DNA of 64,000 nt, taken from the NCBI RefSeq assembly GCF_963921235.1, contig NC_086108.1:24304001-24368000 (forward strand), written 5' to 3'. A model generated the notes under the pieces. That model saw only the letters and a list, made by a program, of their open reading frames with translations, was not told where the DNA came from and searched no databases. Source of the DNA: Mobula hypostoma (lineage: Eukaryota). Shown here in pieces: positions 51,095 through 63,685 of this stretch (position 1 is the first letter of the stretch; each line of letters begins with the position of its first letter). Position numbers and translations under genes: made by a program.

Positions 51095-51995
51095 CTCATA
51101 AAGTCAGAAACAGGCCCTTCAGCCCATCTAGTCCATGACAAACCATTTAAGCTGCCTAGTCCCAGCAACCTGCACCTAGACCATAGCCTCCATGTACCTA
51201 TCAAAATTCCTCTTAAATGTTGAAATCAAAACCCTATCCACCATTTCCACTGGCAATTTGTTCCACACTCTCACCACCCTCTGAGTGCTTAACTTTTGAC
51301 CTCTAGTTCTCATCTTACCCAGCCTTAGTGGAAAAAGCCTACATGCATTTACCCTATCTATGCCCCTAACAATTTTGCATATATCTTCCAAATTTCCCCT
51401 CATTCGCTTACACTATAGGGAAAAAAGACAAAACGTATTCAACCTTTTCCTATAATCAGGTCCTCAGGTCCTAACACCATCCTTGTAAATTTTCTCTGTA
51501 CTATTTCAATCTCATTGATATCTGTTCTGTAGGTATGTGACCAGAGGTGCACATAATACTCCCAAATATATCCCTACCAATGAGTTATACAACTTCAACA
51601 TAACATCTCAACTCCTGCATTCAATACTTTGATTTACGAAGCCAATGCGCCAATGATCCTATCAACCCGTGTCAGCACTTTCAAGGAATTAAGTGTCTGT
51701 ATTTCAGTCCCTCTGTTTTACCACACTCCACAGTGCCCTACTACACACTGTGGAAATACTACCCTGGTTTGTCCTCCCAAAATGCTACACCTCACACATG
51801 TCTGCATTATTTTTCATCTGCCAATTTTCACTCCATCCTTTTCAACTGGTACAGATCATTCTGCATACTGGCTGTCCACTATATCTCTGGTCTTGGTCTC
51901 ATCCACAAATCTGTTGATCCAGTTTACCACATCATCATCCAGATTGTTGATATAGATGACAAACAACAAAGGACCTAGCCAAAGGACCACTAGGC
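51095..51995 (-). mobile_element. Decayed CR1 fragment
   Basis: LGPLLFVIYINNLDDDVVNWINRFVDETK and TQRVVRVWNKLP. Confidence 0.8.
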
Positions 51996-52914
51996 TGCAC
52001 ACTCCATTCGCAACCATGCTCTCAACTATGCAGAATTCCCCCGGAGACAGCAAAAGCACCAAATCGCTCAGTCAGTCCAAAAACACGTAAATTACAGGCT
52101 CCAACTGCATGCAATTTAGTAGTTGAAGCAGTACTTAAAAGAAGAAGGAGAAGTAGTACTTTAGCAAGGTGTCTGCAGGATATCGCCATTGGTCGCTGGC
52201 GTCATCTTTAGTATATAAGGAGTTTCATTGACCTCAGCCTCTCAGCCTGTTTCAAAGTGAATTCGGACAAGAATCTCAGACATAACACTACTACTTTCTG
52301 AAGTGCTCATCTAATCCATATTTAGACTCCTCAGTTCAAAGAAAACCGCATCAGCAGAAGAAAATTATGACTCCAAGATAAATTCAAAGTAATGCAAGTA
52401 AATCGATACTTCAGCTAAAAGGTACTGTATACTTGAGGCCCTGACTGTGGGAAGGAAGGAACAATTCTGCAAGAGTAACAAATCTCAAAAGTACACTAGA
52501 CAGTACCAAAGCTGCTGCTAAGATGCAGCCTTGTATATTCTGCTGCCAGTGCTTCATATACATGATATTGATTTCTCATACACAATGGTTTTCTTCATTC
52601 CCTTATGGAACTCACTTAAGAATGAGAACATGCTTTATGGATGGAGTTTCTAACAGGACCTTATAGATACTCATCCTGCTAACCATAATGAAGGCATGCA
52701 TTAGGTCAAAAATACTGCACAGAACGTTGGTGCCTAATTTCACACCTTCACTCTTCCAACAATGTTATGTGGAGTGTGCAGCTTTGAATCATTGCTCCAA
52801 GTGTATTATCCTTCAGTAAGGGCAGCGGCTCTCCAGTAGGATGCTTTCAAGCACCCGGCAGACCATGACGTTGATGTTGGTTTCTGGAAATTATCTTCGG
52901 ATCTTATGTTTATA

Positions 52915-53255
52915 TCAACAGTACCTGGCTTAGTAACAGTTATTACCCCACAACCATCAGATCCCTGAACTGGAGGGGTTGAACTCACTCTCCCCATCAC
53001 TGAACCATTCCCACAACATATGGACTCACTTTCAAGGACTCTGGATCTCATGTTCTCCATATTTATTGCTCATATTATTTATTTTTTTCTTTCCGTTTGT
53101 ACTTGCAGTTTGTTGTCATATGCATACTGGTTGTCCACCCTTTTGGTGCAGTCTTTCATTGATTCTATTATCGTTATTGAAGGTATTGGGTATGCCCACA
53201 AGAAAATGAATCTCAGGATTGCATATATGTACTTCGATAATAAATTTCCTTTGGA
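52915..53255 (+). mobile_element. Rex/L2-type LINE 3' end
   Basis: NSYYPTTIRSLN-like ORF end (aacagttattaccccacaaccatcagatccctgaac), then a T-rich UTR ending gataataaatt. Confidence 0.55.
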
Positions 53256-54265
53256 AGTTCTTCACCTTTAAGACCTTTGTTTGATAACAGTCCCAACATT
53301 GTTGGAAGCTAATAGAGGAATGCAGGGAGTATGAGAGATAACGGAATCCTTTGATTTGAATTCCAGAGAATATTTAATCTACTCATCTAGATGTTCTCAC
53401 CTGCCAAGTACCATTTTTCTTTTTCAGGCTTGAACACCATTTTATAAGTTGGGGCAAATGTCTCTTCAAATGCAGGCTTCTTCATAGCTTTCTACTGAAT
53501 GCAACTCTGAACCTAGGTTGCTTGATATCTGCAGAAGCAAACATCGACTGAACTAATATAACTAGAGACGTTTATAGATACTAAGGTGGAATTAGGCACT
53601 TCCTGCTTTTGTACTGATCATAAACCATCTTTAATGGTAAAGAAAGTGATGTCAGTTTTCTTTTACAATCAATCTTTATGCCATGCAAATAGGTGTAAAA
53701 AGTGTCTTTATTACTGTAGCAAAACACCTCTTAAGTCCCATACACTTTCTCAACATCTGAATCAATTTTGAGAACCTCTGCTCTTTTATTGTTAATGTCA
53801 CAATAGAACAGAACTACCAGCTAATATTAGCTTTTTATGGACTTTTAGCCTTGTTGTTAATGGATAGATATGATTCAAATACCTTTACAATTCCTTAATG
53901 CGGTTAAGTCAACCTTTAAAATATCAGAATACTCTTTAAAGGTGTGTTATGATTTCAATTCCTCTGATATTACTTTATAGTTGTTTTTTATATTGCTGAT
54001 TATATCAGTGATGGTGATATTTTGTGTACTGGATGTATTAAATGTTTTGTTTATTACATACACTGTTCCTCTATGCTGAATTGGACTGTAAATACATCTG
54101 GTTAGGTATTTGATTCTAAAAACAAATCTTTTTGTAATGTCCTGCAAATAAACTGAAAACAACATTCAGGAACTGCAAGAGCAAAATTTAAATTATCAGA
54201 ATTATGCTCATGTTGCCAATATGGAACAAATACATATTTGTAAAAGCAAAAGACATGTAGGTCAT

Positions 54266-54720
54266 AAACACAAGAGATCCTCTAGATGCTGTAAATCCAG
54301 AGCAACATACACAAAATGCTGGAGAAACTCGACAGGTTAGGCTGCTTCTATAGAAGTGAATGAACAGGTGGCCTTTCAGGCCTAGACCCTTCATGGGCAC
54401 TGTAAAGGAAGGGGGAAGATGTTAGAATAAGAAGGTGGGGGAGGGGAGGAGGACAATCTAGAAGGTGTAGGTGAAACCTGGTGGTTGGGGGAGACGGGGT
54501 GAAGCAAGAAGCTGGGAAGCGATAGGTGGAAGTGCAGGTGCTGGAAATCTGAAATGACAACAAAAAATTCCAGTTAGGCAGTTTCCCAGTTGACACTGTT
54601 ATTGAAACAGTGTTAATGTTTCAAGTTGCTAAACTTGAAATGGAATTCCATCAACTACATTCCGCTCCTCACAGATGCTGCCCAACTTGTTGAATATTTC
54701 CAGCATGTTCAATCATTATT
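54266..54720. mobile_element. Cluster of PLE-terminus-derived short elements in both orientations
   Basis: aacacaagagatcctctagatgctgtaaatcc..., a degenerate hammerhead at 54365-54402 (minus), and inverted remnants at 54530-54720. Confidence 0.6.
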
Positions 54721-54802
54721 GGTGACACAAATAGTTCATGTTCATTGTATCCTGTTTATCATACTTTAGCATAAAAATATAACTAATTATATATAACTAA
54801 TA

Positions 54803-55435
54803 GGCGGGAGGAGAAGATGGCAGCACACCGCGCGTGCGCAGCTCTCCGGTGAAAAATGATGTCGTATCTGTTAAATAGGGGCCGTGGATAATTTCTGATT
54901 TGATGGAGATAGACGTGAAAGCACAGAGGAACATCTGGAGAAATTTCTGAAACGCCCATCTGCTGCTGTCGTTACTGTGTGGTTGGGAATCTTTCGGAGG
55001 GTAGGCCTCAAAATCCCCGGCTTTGCCTGCTTTTGGCGACCGAGAAAGAGGACAAATCGCTCGGACAGAGATGGCGCTCAGTTACTCGGTGTCGGAGAGC
55101 TGATCAGAGCTCGAAGTTTTCGGATGACTCAGAATCAGATTGTGGTCGGCATGGCAGGGAGAGTTTTTCTTCCCTCTCTCGTCTGCGTGAGATGTGGGAC
55201 ATTTGAGAAACTTTGAGCTTTATTGTGCTCATGGACTTCGTCATCAAGTTATGGTATTGTGCACTGTTGTAACTATATGTATAATTATGTGGTTTTGTCA
55301 GTTTTTTTCAGTCTTGGTTTGTCCTGTGTTTTTGTGATATCACACTGGAGGAAATAATGTATCATTTCTTAATGCATGCATTACTAAATGACAATAAAAG
55401 GGGACTACGTGTCTTCATAATCTAATCTATCTAAT
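54803..55435 (+). mobile_element. Non-coding short retroelement, copy 1 (GC-rich head, T-rich body, (atcta)n tail)
   Basis: Starts ggaggagaagatggc and ends caataaaagggg...ataatctaatctatctaa. Head and tail are homologous to 63070-63685. Confidence 0.65.
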
Positions 55436-56029
55436 TAATTTGTCTTGTGGAGTCAGTAATGTCTCTCAAAACAATCCCAATTCCCCTTTTACTTTCCTTT
55501 CACCTCTTCTCTCTCATAGATCCAACTACTCCACTTTGACATTCCTTTCATCCCCCACAGTTGTCAATTAACCTGACAAGCAGGTGGGAGGGAATCAAAG
55601 CATTCACTTGTCAAGATGTACAAACTCCAAAAAGTCAGCACCATAATTCAGAATCAAACTCTGGTTGCTGCTAACTGAAAAGCCACTCTAGAGCACCTGT
55701 TGTTGGGATTACAGGATATCAATTCCATTCAAACATTTAACTTGCAAATATATTGGGAAATTCACATTCTCTTGAAGTATTGTGGAATTTAGTTGAAATT
55801 ATGGTTAAGTTGAAAGCCAACTAGGTGATAAAGTGCAATACGTAGCTCCATTTTCTCTCACTAACTGGCCACACATTGGACATCACAGCAGGTATGTGTT
55901 TTATTTTATTATTTTCTATAGTGATGTGAATCAAGAGAAAAGTGGAATTTCAAAGATCTTAATGAGGTTGTTGAAGCAGTTCGAGCAACTATTGAAATGA
56001 TTAGTCCAGAAGGAAAGCATTGCTAGCTG

Positions 56030-57820
56030 GGTGGTTTCAAGGACTGAAACGCCAGAGCGTATAGACGCTAGTAAAGAGGATGTGCTGGAGCGTTTGAAAG
56101 GTATTAAGTTAGATAAGTCACGGGGACCGGATGGGATATACCCCAGGCTACTGTGGGAAGTGAGGGAGGAAATTGCTGAGCCTCTGGCAATGATGTTTGC
56201 ATCAATAGGGATGGGAGAAGTACCGGAGGATTGGAAGGTTGAAAATGATGTTCCCTTGTTCAAGAAAGGGAGTAGAGATAACCCAGGAAATTATAGACCA
56301 GTGAGTCTTCATTCAATGGTGGGCAGGTATGTTGGAGAAAATCCTGAGAGGCTGGATTTATGGATGTTCGGAGAGCATAATCTGATTCGGGGTAGTTAGC
56401 ATGGCTTTGTCAAGGGCAGTTCATGCCTTATGAGCCTTATTGAATTCTTTGAGGAGGTAACAAAACACATTGATGAAGGTAGAGCAGTGGATATAGTATA
56501 TATGGATTTCTTGGAGCCCATCCAAGGCTCATGCAGAAAGTAATGAGGCATGAGATCCAAGAAGACCTTGCTTAGTGAGTACGGAATTGGCTTGCTCACA
56601 GAAAGCAAAGGGTGGCTTTAGATGGCTCGTATTCTGCATGGAAGTTGGTGACCAGTGGTGCTCCGCAGGGATCTGTCTGGGACCCCTCCTCTTTATGATT
56701 TTTATAAATGACCTGGGTGAGTAAGTAGAAGGGTGCATTAGTAAGCTAGCTGATGACACAAAAGTTGGGCGTGTTGTGGATAGTTCAGAGGGTTGTCAGA
56801 AGTTACAGCGGGAAATTGATAGGATACAGAACTGGGCTGAGAAGTGGCAGATGGAGTTCAACCCAGATAAGTGTGAAGAGGTTCATTTCGGTAGGTCAAA
56901 TTTGAAGACAGAATATAACATTAATGGCAAGACTCTTGGCAGTGTGGAGGATCAGCAAGATCTTGGGGTCCATGTCCATAGGGCACTCAAAGCTGCTGCG
57001 CAGGTTGACAGTGTTGTTAAGAAGGCGTATGGTGTATTGGCATTCATCAACCGTGGGATTGAGTTCAAGAGTCGTGAGTTAATGTTACAACTATATAAGA
57101 CCTTAGTTAGACCCCACTTGGAATAGTGTATTCAGTTCTGGTCACCTCACTACACCACTACACACCTCACAGATGTGGATCCTATAGAGAGAGTGCAGAG
57201 GAGATGCAAGGATGTTGCCTGGATTGGAGAGAGTGCCCTCTGAGAATAGGTTGAGTGAACTTGGCCTGAGGCGACCTGATAGAAGTGGATAAGATGATGA
57301 GAGGCATTGATTGTGTGGATAGCCAGAGGCTTCTTCATGGCTGAAATGGCTAACATGAAGGGGTATAGTTTTAAGATGCTTGGAAGTAGGTACAAGGGGG
57401 GATGTCAGAGGTAAATGTTTTTAACACAGAGAGTGGTGGGTGTGTGGGATGCACTGTGAGTGACAGTGGTAGAGGTGGATACAATAGGGTCTTTTAAGAG
57501 ACTCTTAGATATGTACATGGAGCTTAGAAAAATAGAGGGTTATGTGATAGCGTAATTCTATGCAGGTTCTAGAGTAGGTTACATGGTTGGCATAACATTG
57601 TGGGCCGAAGGGCCTGTAACCATGAGACCATAAGACAAAGGACCAGAGTCAGCCATTCAGCCCATCGAGTCTGCTCTGCCATTTTATCATGAGCTGATCC
57701 ATTCTCCCATTTAGTCCCACTCCCCCGCCTTCTCACCATAACCTTTGATGCCCCGGCTACTCAGATACCTATCAATCTCTGATAACGTGCTGTAGATTTT
57801 TATGATTCTCTGATTCTATG
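56030..57820 (+). mobile_element. CR1 ORF2 fragment with 3'UTR
   Basis: DKSRGPDGIYPRLL...[19 protein letters not shown] and WAEKWQMEFNPDKC; gattctatg tail. Confidence 0.9.
57621..57781 (-). mobile_element. Short CR1 3' end inserted antisense into the 3'UTR of the CR1 above
   Basis: ccatgagaccataagac tail and agccattcagcccatcgag UTR. It splits gggcctgtaac|gtgctgtag, with taac on both sides. Confidence 0.7.
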
Positions 57821-58319
57821 ACCAAGTTGGCAATATGCTTTGCCTGTTGTAGTGGGTATTGGTCTGCGTGCACCAGCATGCTAAACATTTATTGAAACAC
57901 TAGTTTTTGGAACCTCTGCTCATCGTCAGTTTTCCTCTTCTCCCCATTGCAAGTATACACCTGTGTAAATAATTATGAACTGGATGCAAATATCTGAGAT
58001 TTTAATGAATCTCATCTTCCTTTTGGATTTTAAGGACTGTAAATATACTCAGAAAGGAGTTAAAGCAATTAAAACTGTGAATGCGAAAAACACCCTTCCA
58101 ATCACTGATGACCAACAAACCGTGTCTTCCAATCATAAATAAGGATCGAACCTGTATGTATTGTCTGAGCCAGAGACTTACAGCAAAAAAGCAAGTCCTT
58201 CAGACCACTGATTCCACACTGACCAATAACCACCCATTAATACTAATTTTACAAAAGTCTTATTTTAATCTTCCCAAATTCTTCTCAGATTCGACCATTC
58301 AGCAGGAGTAAGTCAGAGA

Positions 58320-58490
58320 CACCAGTTAACCTACCAAACTACGTGTTTTTGGAAAGCAGGAAGAAATCAGAGCACCTGGAGGAAACCCACATGGTCACAG
58401 GAAGATCATCCAAATCCCGCTCAGGCAAGCACTAGAAATTAGGATGAAATGCTGGTTGCCAGAGATGTGTTCCCACTGTGCTCCCCAGTT
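58320..58490 (-). mobile_element. V-SINE remnant
   Basis: ttaacctacc...ggaagaaatcagagcacctggaggaaacccacatggtcacaggaaga. Similar remnants at ~40020-40110, 41445-41600 and 55560-55670. Confidence 0.6.
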
Positions 58491-58756
58491 CAGATGAAAA
58501 ACTTCGACAAAAGTTAAATACTGAAGTGGAAATAGAAAATGCTGGCCATACACAGGACTAGCATTTCTTTATCTGGACAACACACTAACGCTTAATGGAT
58601 TCAGCTGCTAGAGAGGCACAGCTCTTTGGCCAAGGTTTTAGTCAGCATTCATGATCACATTTCCTTTCCTGTGGAGTAATTTTTTTAAGTTACTGTTCTA
58701 AATCTGTTTTGTGATTTATTTTTAGTAAGATGCATGCATACTTTTGTTTATGGAAA

Positions 58757-60440
58757 GATAAGACTACAAGACCATAAGATTTAGGAGCAAAATGAGGCCA
58801 GTTGGCTCATTGAGTCTGCTTCACCATTTCATCACGGCTGATCCAATTTTCCTCTCAGCCCCAATCTCTTGCCTTCTCCCCATACCGCTTCATGCCCTGA
58901 CCCATCAAGAATCTATTAACCTCTGCCTTAAATATACATAAAGGCTTGGCCTCCACAGCTGCCTGTGGAAAAGAATTCCACAGATTTACCACTACCTGGC
59001 TAAAGAAATTCCTCCTCATCTCCATTCTAAAAGGATGCCTCTCTATTCTGAGGCTGTGTCCTCTGATCTTAGACTCTCCCACCAGAGGAAACATCCTCTT
59101 CACGTCCACTCTATCAAGGCCTTTCACCAAGCAATAGATTTCAATGAGTTCACCGATCATTCTTCTGAATTCAAGTGAACACAGGCCCAGATTCATCAAA
59201 CATTCTTCATATGACAAGCCAATCAATCCTGGAATCATTTTTGTGAAACTCCTTTGAAACCTCTCCAGTTTCAGCCCATCGTTTCTAAGATAAAGTCCCC
59301 GAGCCTGCTCACTATACTCCAAGTGTTACAAGTGTGGCCTCACCAGTGCTTTATAAAATCTCAACATTACATCCTTGTTTTTATTCTAGTCCTCTTGAAA
59401 TGAATTTTAATACTGTATTTGCCTTTCTCACCACAGACTCAATCTGCAAATTAACCTTTACGGAATCCTGCACAGGGACTCCCAAGACCCTTTCCACTTC
59501 AGTTTTTTGTGCTTCCTCTCCATTTAGAAAATAGTCAACCCTTTCATTTCTTCTACCGAAAGTGCAGGACCACACACTTTCCAACACTATATTCTAGCTG
59601 CCATTTCTTTGCCAATTCTCCTAAGCTGTCTGCCCTTCTGTAGCTTCTCTACTTTCTCAAAACTATCTTCAACAAAGCCATCAACTCCATCATCCAAATC
59701 ATTGACAAATAGTGTAAAATGAATCGGTCCCAACACAGAACACTGTGGAACACCACTAGTCACCGGCAGTCAGCCAGAAAAAGCCCCCTTTATTCCCACT
59801 CTCTGCCTCCTGTCAATCAGCCATGGCTTTATGCATGCTAGAATCTTTACTGTAATACAGAAAATACAGGAAAAGGGATAGTAGCTTGACAGTAGGCCTC
59901 ACATGTAGCACCTTGTCAAAGGCCTTCTGAAAATGCAAGTACACAATATCCACTGATTCTCCTTTGCCTATCATGCTTTTTATTTATTCATAGAATTCCA
60001 ACAGATTTTTCAGGCAAGATTTTACCTTGCAGAATCCATGCTGACTATGGCCTACTTTATCATGTGCCTCCAAGTACCCTGAGACTTCATCCTTAATAAT
60101 CGTCTCCGACACTGAAGTCAGACTAACTGGCCTATAGTTTCCTTTCTTCTACCTCTCTTCCTTCTTGAAGACTGAAATGACATTTGCAACTTTCCAGTCT
60201 TCTGGAACCATTCCAGAATCTAACGATTCTTGAAAAATCACTACTAATGCCTCTACAATCACTTCTGCTACCTCTTTCAGAACTCTGAGGTGTACACCAT
60301 CTTCTCTAGGTGACTTATCTACTTATGGACCTTTCAGTTTCCCAAGAAACTTCTCTCTAGTTATGGTAACTTCACACACTTCATGTCCCCTGCCACCTGG
60401 AACTTCCACCATACTGCTAGTGTCTTCCAGGATGAGGACT
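58757..60440 (-). mobile_element. Decayed CR1 ORF2 with 3'UTR
   Basis: LERFQRSFTKMIPG...RRNFFSQVVVNLWNSFP. The RT LHFQKAFDKVLH region lies at ~59905-59940. (cttatggt)-type tail. Confidence 0.9.
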
Positions 60441-60847
60441 GATGGACAGACATAACCACTGTTATGTTGGTAGTGAAAATGCATAAGCACTCTTTTGGCC
60501 CTTCTTAATTTACAGCATTATGGTAAATATAGGACAACAAAGTAGTTGATATTTTTATAAATCATTCATTTTCAGGAAACACTGGCTATTGCCTGCAAGG
60601 TGAGGATTCATTGCCCATCCTTAATTACTCCTGGACTGATTGCTTGCTGAGCCCCTTCAGGCGCATTCAAAAGTCAAGGGGGAGGTCTGGTCGTATAGAT
60701 TAGACCAGGCAAACATGGCAAATCACCTCCCTTGGAGGACACCAGTGAAGTAGATAGTTTTTTTTACAACAATTTGATCATTAATCCCCCCGCAAGATCA
60801 TCTTTGCTAAGGCTTTTCAAATTCTAGGTTTTTCATAGAAAAACCTA

Positions 60848-62103
60848 GAGATGATAGGAGAAGACAGGAGGGGGAGGGATGGAGCTAAGAGCTGGACAGT
60901 TGATTGGCAAAAGGGATATGAGAGGATCATGGGACGGGAGGCCTAGGGAGAAAGAAAGGGGGAGGGGGGAATCCCAGAGGATGGGTAAGGAGTATAGTGA
61001 GAGGGACAGAGGGAGAAAAAGAGAGAGAGAAAAGAAATATATATAATAATAATAAATAAATAACAGATGGGGTACGAAGGGGAGGTGGGGCATTAACGGA
61101 AGTTAGAGAAGTCAATGTTCATGCCATCAGGTTGGAGGCTACCCAGATGGAATATACGGTGTTGTTCCTCCAACCTGAGTGTGGCTTCATCTTGATGTAG
61201 AGGAGTCCGTGGATAGACATATCAGAATGGGAATGGGACATGGAATTAAAATGTGTGGCCACTGGGAGATCCTGCTTTCTCTGGCAAACAGAGCGTAGGT
61301 GTTCAGCGAAATGGTCTCCCAGCCTGTGTTGGGTCTCGCCAATATATAGAAGGCCGCATCGGGAGCACCGGACGCAGTATATCACCCCAGCCGACTCACA
61401 GGTGAAGTGTCGCCTCACCTGGAAGGACTGTCTGGGGCCCTGAATGGTGGTGAGGGAGGAAGTGTAAGGGCATGTGTAACACTTGTTCCGCTTACAAGGA
61501 TAAGTGCTGGGAAGGAGATCAGTGGGGAGGGATGGGGGTACGAATGGACAAGGGAGTCGTGTGGAGAGCGATCCCTGCGGAAAGCAGGGAGGCGGGGAGG
61601 GAAAGATGTGCTTAGTAGTGGGATCCCGTTGGAGGTGGCAGAAGTTACGGAGAATAATATGTTGGAACCGGAGGCTGGTGGGGTGGTAGGTGAGGACAAG
61701 GGGAACCCTACTCCTAGTGGGGTGGTGGGAGGATGGAGTGAGAGCAGATGTGCGTGAAATGGGAGAGATGCGTTTGAGAGCAGAGTTGATGGTGGAGGAA
61801 GGGAGGCCCCTTTCTTTAAAAAAGGAGGACATCTCCTTCGTCCTGGAATGAAAAGCCTCATCCTGAGAGCAGATGCAGTGGAGACGGAGGAATTGCGAGA
61901 AGGGGATGGCATTTTTGCAAGAGACAGGGTGAGAAGAGGAATAGTCCAGGTAGCTGTGAGAGTCCGTAGGCTTATAGTAGACATCAGTAGATAAGCTGTC
62001 TCCAGAGAAAGAGACAGAAAGATCTAGAAAGCGGAGGGAATTGTCAGAAATGGACCAGGTAAACTTGAGGGCAGGGTGAAAGTTGGAGGCAAAGTTAATG
62101 AAG
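60848..62103 (-). mobile_element. PLE body (RT thumb + GIY-YIG)
   Basis: ORF 61119-61832 ...PCKRNKCYTCP...VIYCVRCSRCGLLYIGETQHRLGDHFAEH. Collinear with 2830-4620 once the CR1 insert there is removed. Confidence 0.92.
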
Positions 62104-62471
62104 TTATTTATTTATTATTATTATTATATATATATTTTTTTCTCTCTCTTTTTCTCCTTCTGTCCCTCTCACTATACTCCTTGCCCATCTTCTGGGATTC
62201 TGCCCTCCCCCTTTCTTTTCCCTAGGCCTCCTTCCCATGTTCCTTTCATATCCCTTTTGCCAATCTACTTTCCAGCTCTTAGCTTCATCCCTCCCCCTCC
62301 TGTCTTCTCCTATCTCCTTGGATCTCCCCCTCCCCCTCCCACTTTCAAATTTCTTACTATCTCTTCTTTCAGTTAGTCCTGACGAAGGGTCTCGGCCCGA
62401 AACGTCCACTGTACCTCTTCCTATAGATGCTGCCTGGCCTGCTGCGTTCACCAGCAATTTTTATGTGTGTT
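62104..62471 (+). repeat. Inverted PLE terminal repeat (pseudo-LTR) fused to the 5' truncation point
   Basis: Reverse-complement homologue of 60848-61060 and of 2690-3050, and directly abuts the PLE body. Confidence 0.88.
62375..62411 (+). ncRNA. Minimal type I hammerhead ribozyme motif (best copy in the window)
   Basis: AGTC-CTGACGA-A-GGGT(CTCG)GCCC-GAAA-CGTC-CACTG. Core and stem II are intact; predicted cleavage after GUC at 62406; one stem I mismatch at 62407. Confidence 0.82.
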
Positions 62472-63069
62472 GCCATGGTAAGGTGTAATCATAGGTCTCT
62501 GTATTATGAGTCGTGTAATCTACATATTGCAAACTACTGTAAACTGTATTTATCATGAAGAAATATGAATATATTATTGCAGTGCAGACCTGTTCAATTT
62601 AGGTCTGCATGCAGGTCATCCCCCTGTCTGGACACCCACGATCTAAGCAATTCCTCTTAAAGCCATCTTCTTTGCATATCATTGATGTCAGTGTTATTTT
62701 TTGTCTACCTAATGAAGAACTGTAGGCCAGCGAGGATGGACTCAGTACCTCTTTCTGGCTCTTATTTTCTACCATGATATAAATAAATATCCAAAGTTAT
62801 CTTGGGGCTCACCAAGAAAATTCTATGCATGGAATTCCCATTTTTACAGTAAAATGCCAATTTTTTGTATTAGATAACAAGCACAGAAGATTCAGGTCAG
62901 TGAAAGTCTACAATCTGGAGGTAAACAAGAGGAAATCAAAGTAATACACACAATTTCCCTACTACCTACTACCTTCTACTTTTCCTCTCTTCCTCCCACC
63001 TTCTCCCTCTGACCTCTCATATCTTTTTTCTCCAGTCCTGCTAAAACGGCCCGAAATGTCAACTGTACC

Positions 63070-63685
63070 TTGAAGATCATGACGGCACGACACAGCTAGC
63101 AGCGGCCACTCCGGTGGTGATGTCTGTTATTTGTCAAGTGGGCTGCCGTGTACAATCCTGATTTGATGGAGACGGACGTGAGAGCACGGAGGAACATCTG
63201 GTGAAACTTCTGAAATGACTGCTTCGCTGCTCTTGCTACTGTGTGGTCCAGAATCTTCGGAGGAGAAGACACCGAGTCCTCGGCTTTGCTTGTTGCTCGG
63301 CAGCCGGGGCGGGGTCGAAGCGTTCGGCAGAGGATAGTGTTCGGAGAGTCTGTGTCGGAGGGGGTGGTCGGAGGCTCGAAGTTTTCGAACGGACTCAGAG
63401 TCCGCTGCGGCCCGGTGCTTCCAATGGTGCTGCATCGGCAAGTTGTCGGCGCTTGGAGGTTCTGCCGTCTGCGTGGGATGATGAGTCTATCGGGACTGAT
63501 ACTTTTTTTTTACCGTGCCCATGGTGTGCTCTTTATCAAATTATGTTACTGCTTTGCACTGTTGTAACTATATGTTACAATTATGTAGTTTTGTCAGTTT
63601 AGACTTGTGTTTTCTTGTGATATCATTCTGGAGGAAAGATGTATCATTTTTTAATGCATGCATTTCTAAATGACAATAAACAAAA
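63070..63685 (+). mobile_element. Non-coding short retroelement, copy 2
   Basis: Shares ctccggtg..gatgtc, gatttgatggaga..gacgtga.agcac.gaggaacatctgg and the tail aatgcatgcatt.ctaaatgacaataaa with 54803-55435. Confidence 0.65.
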
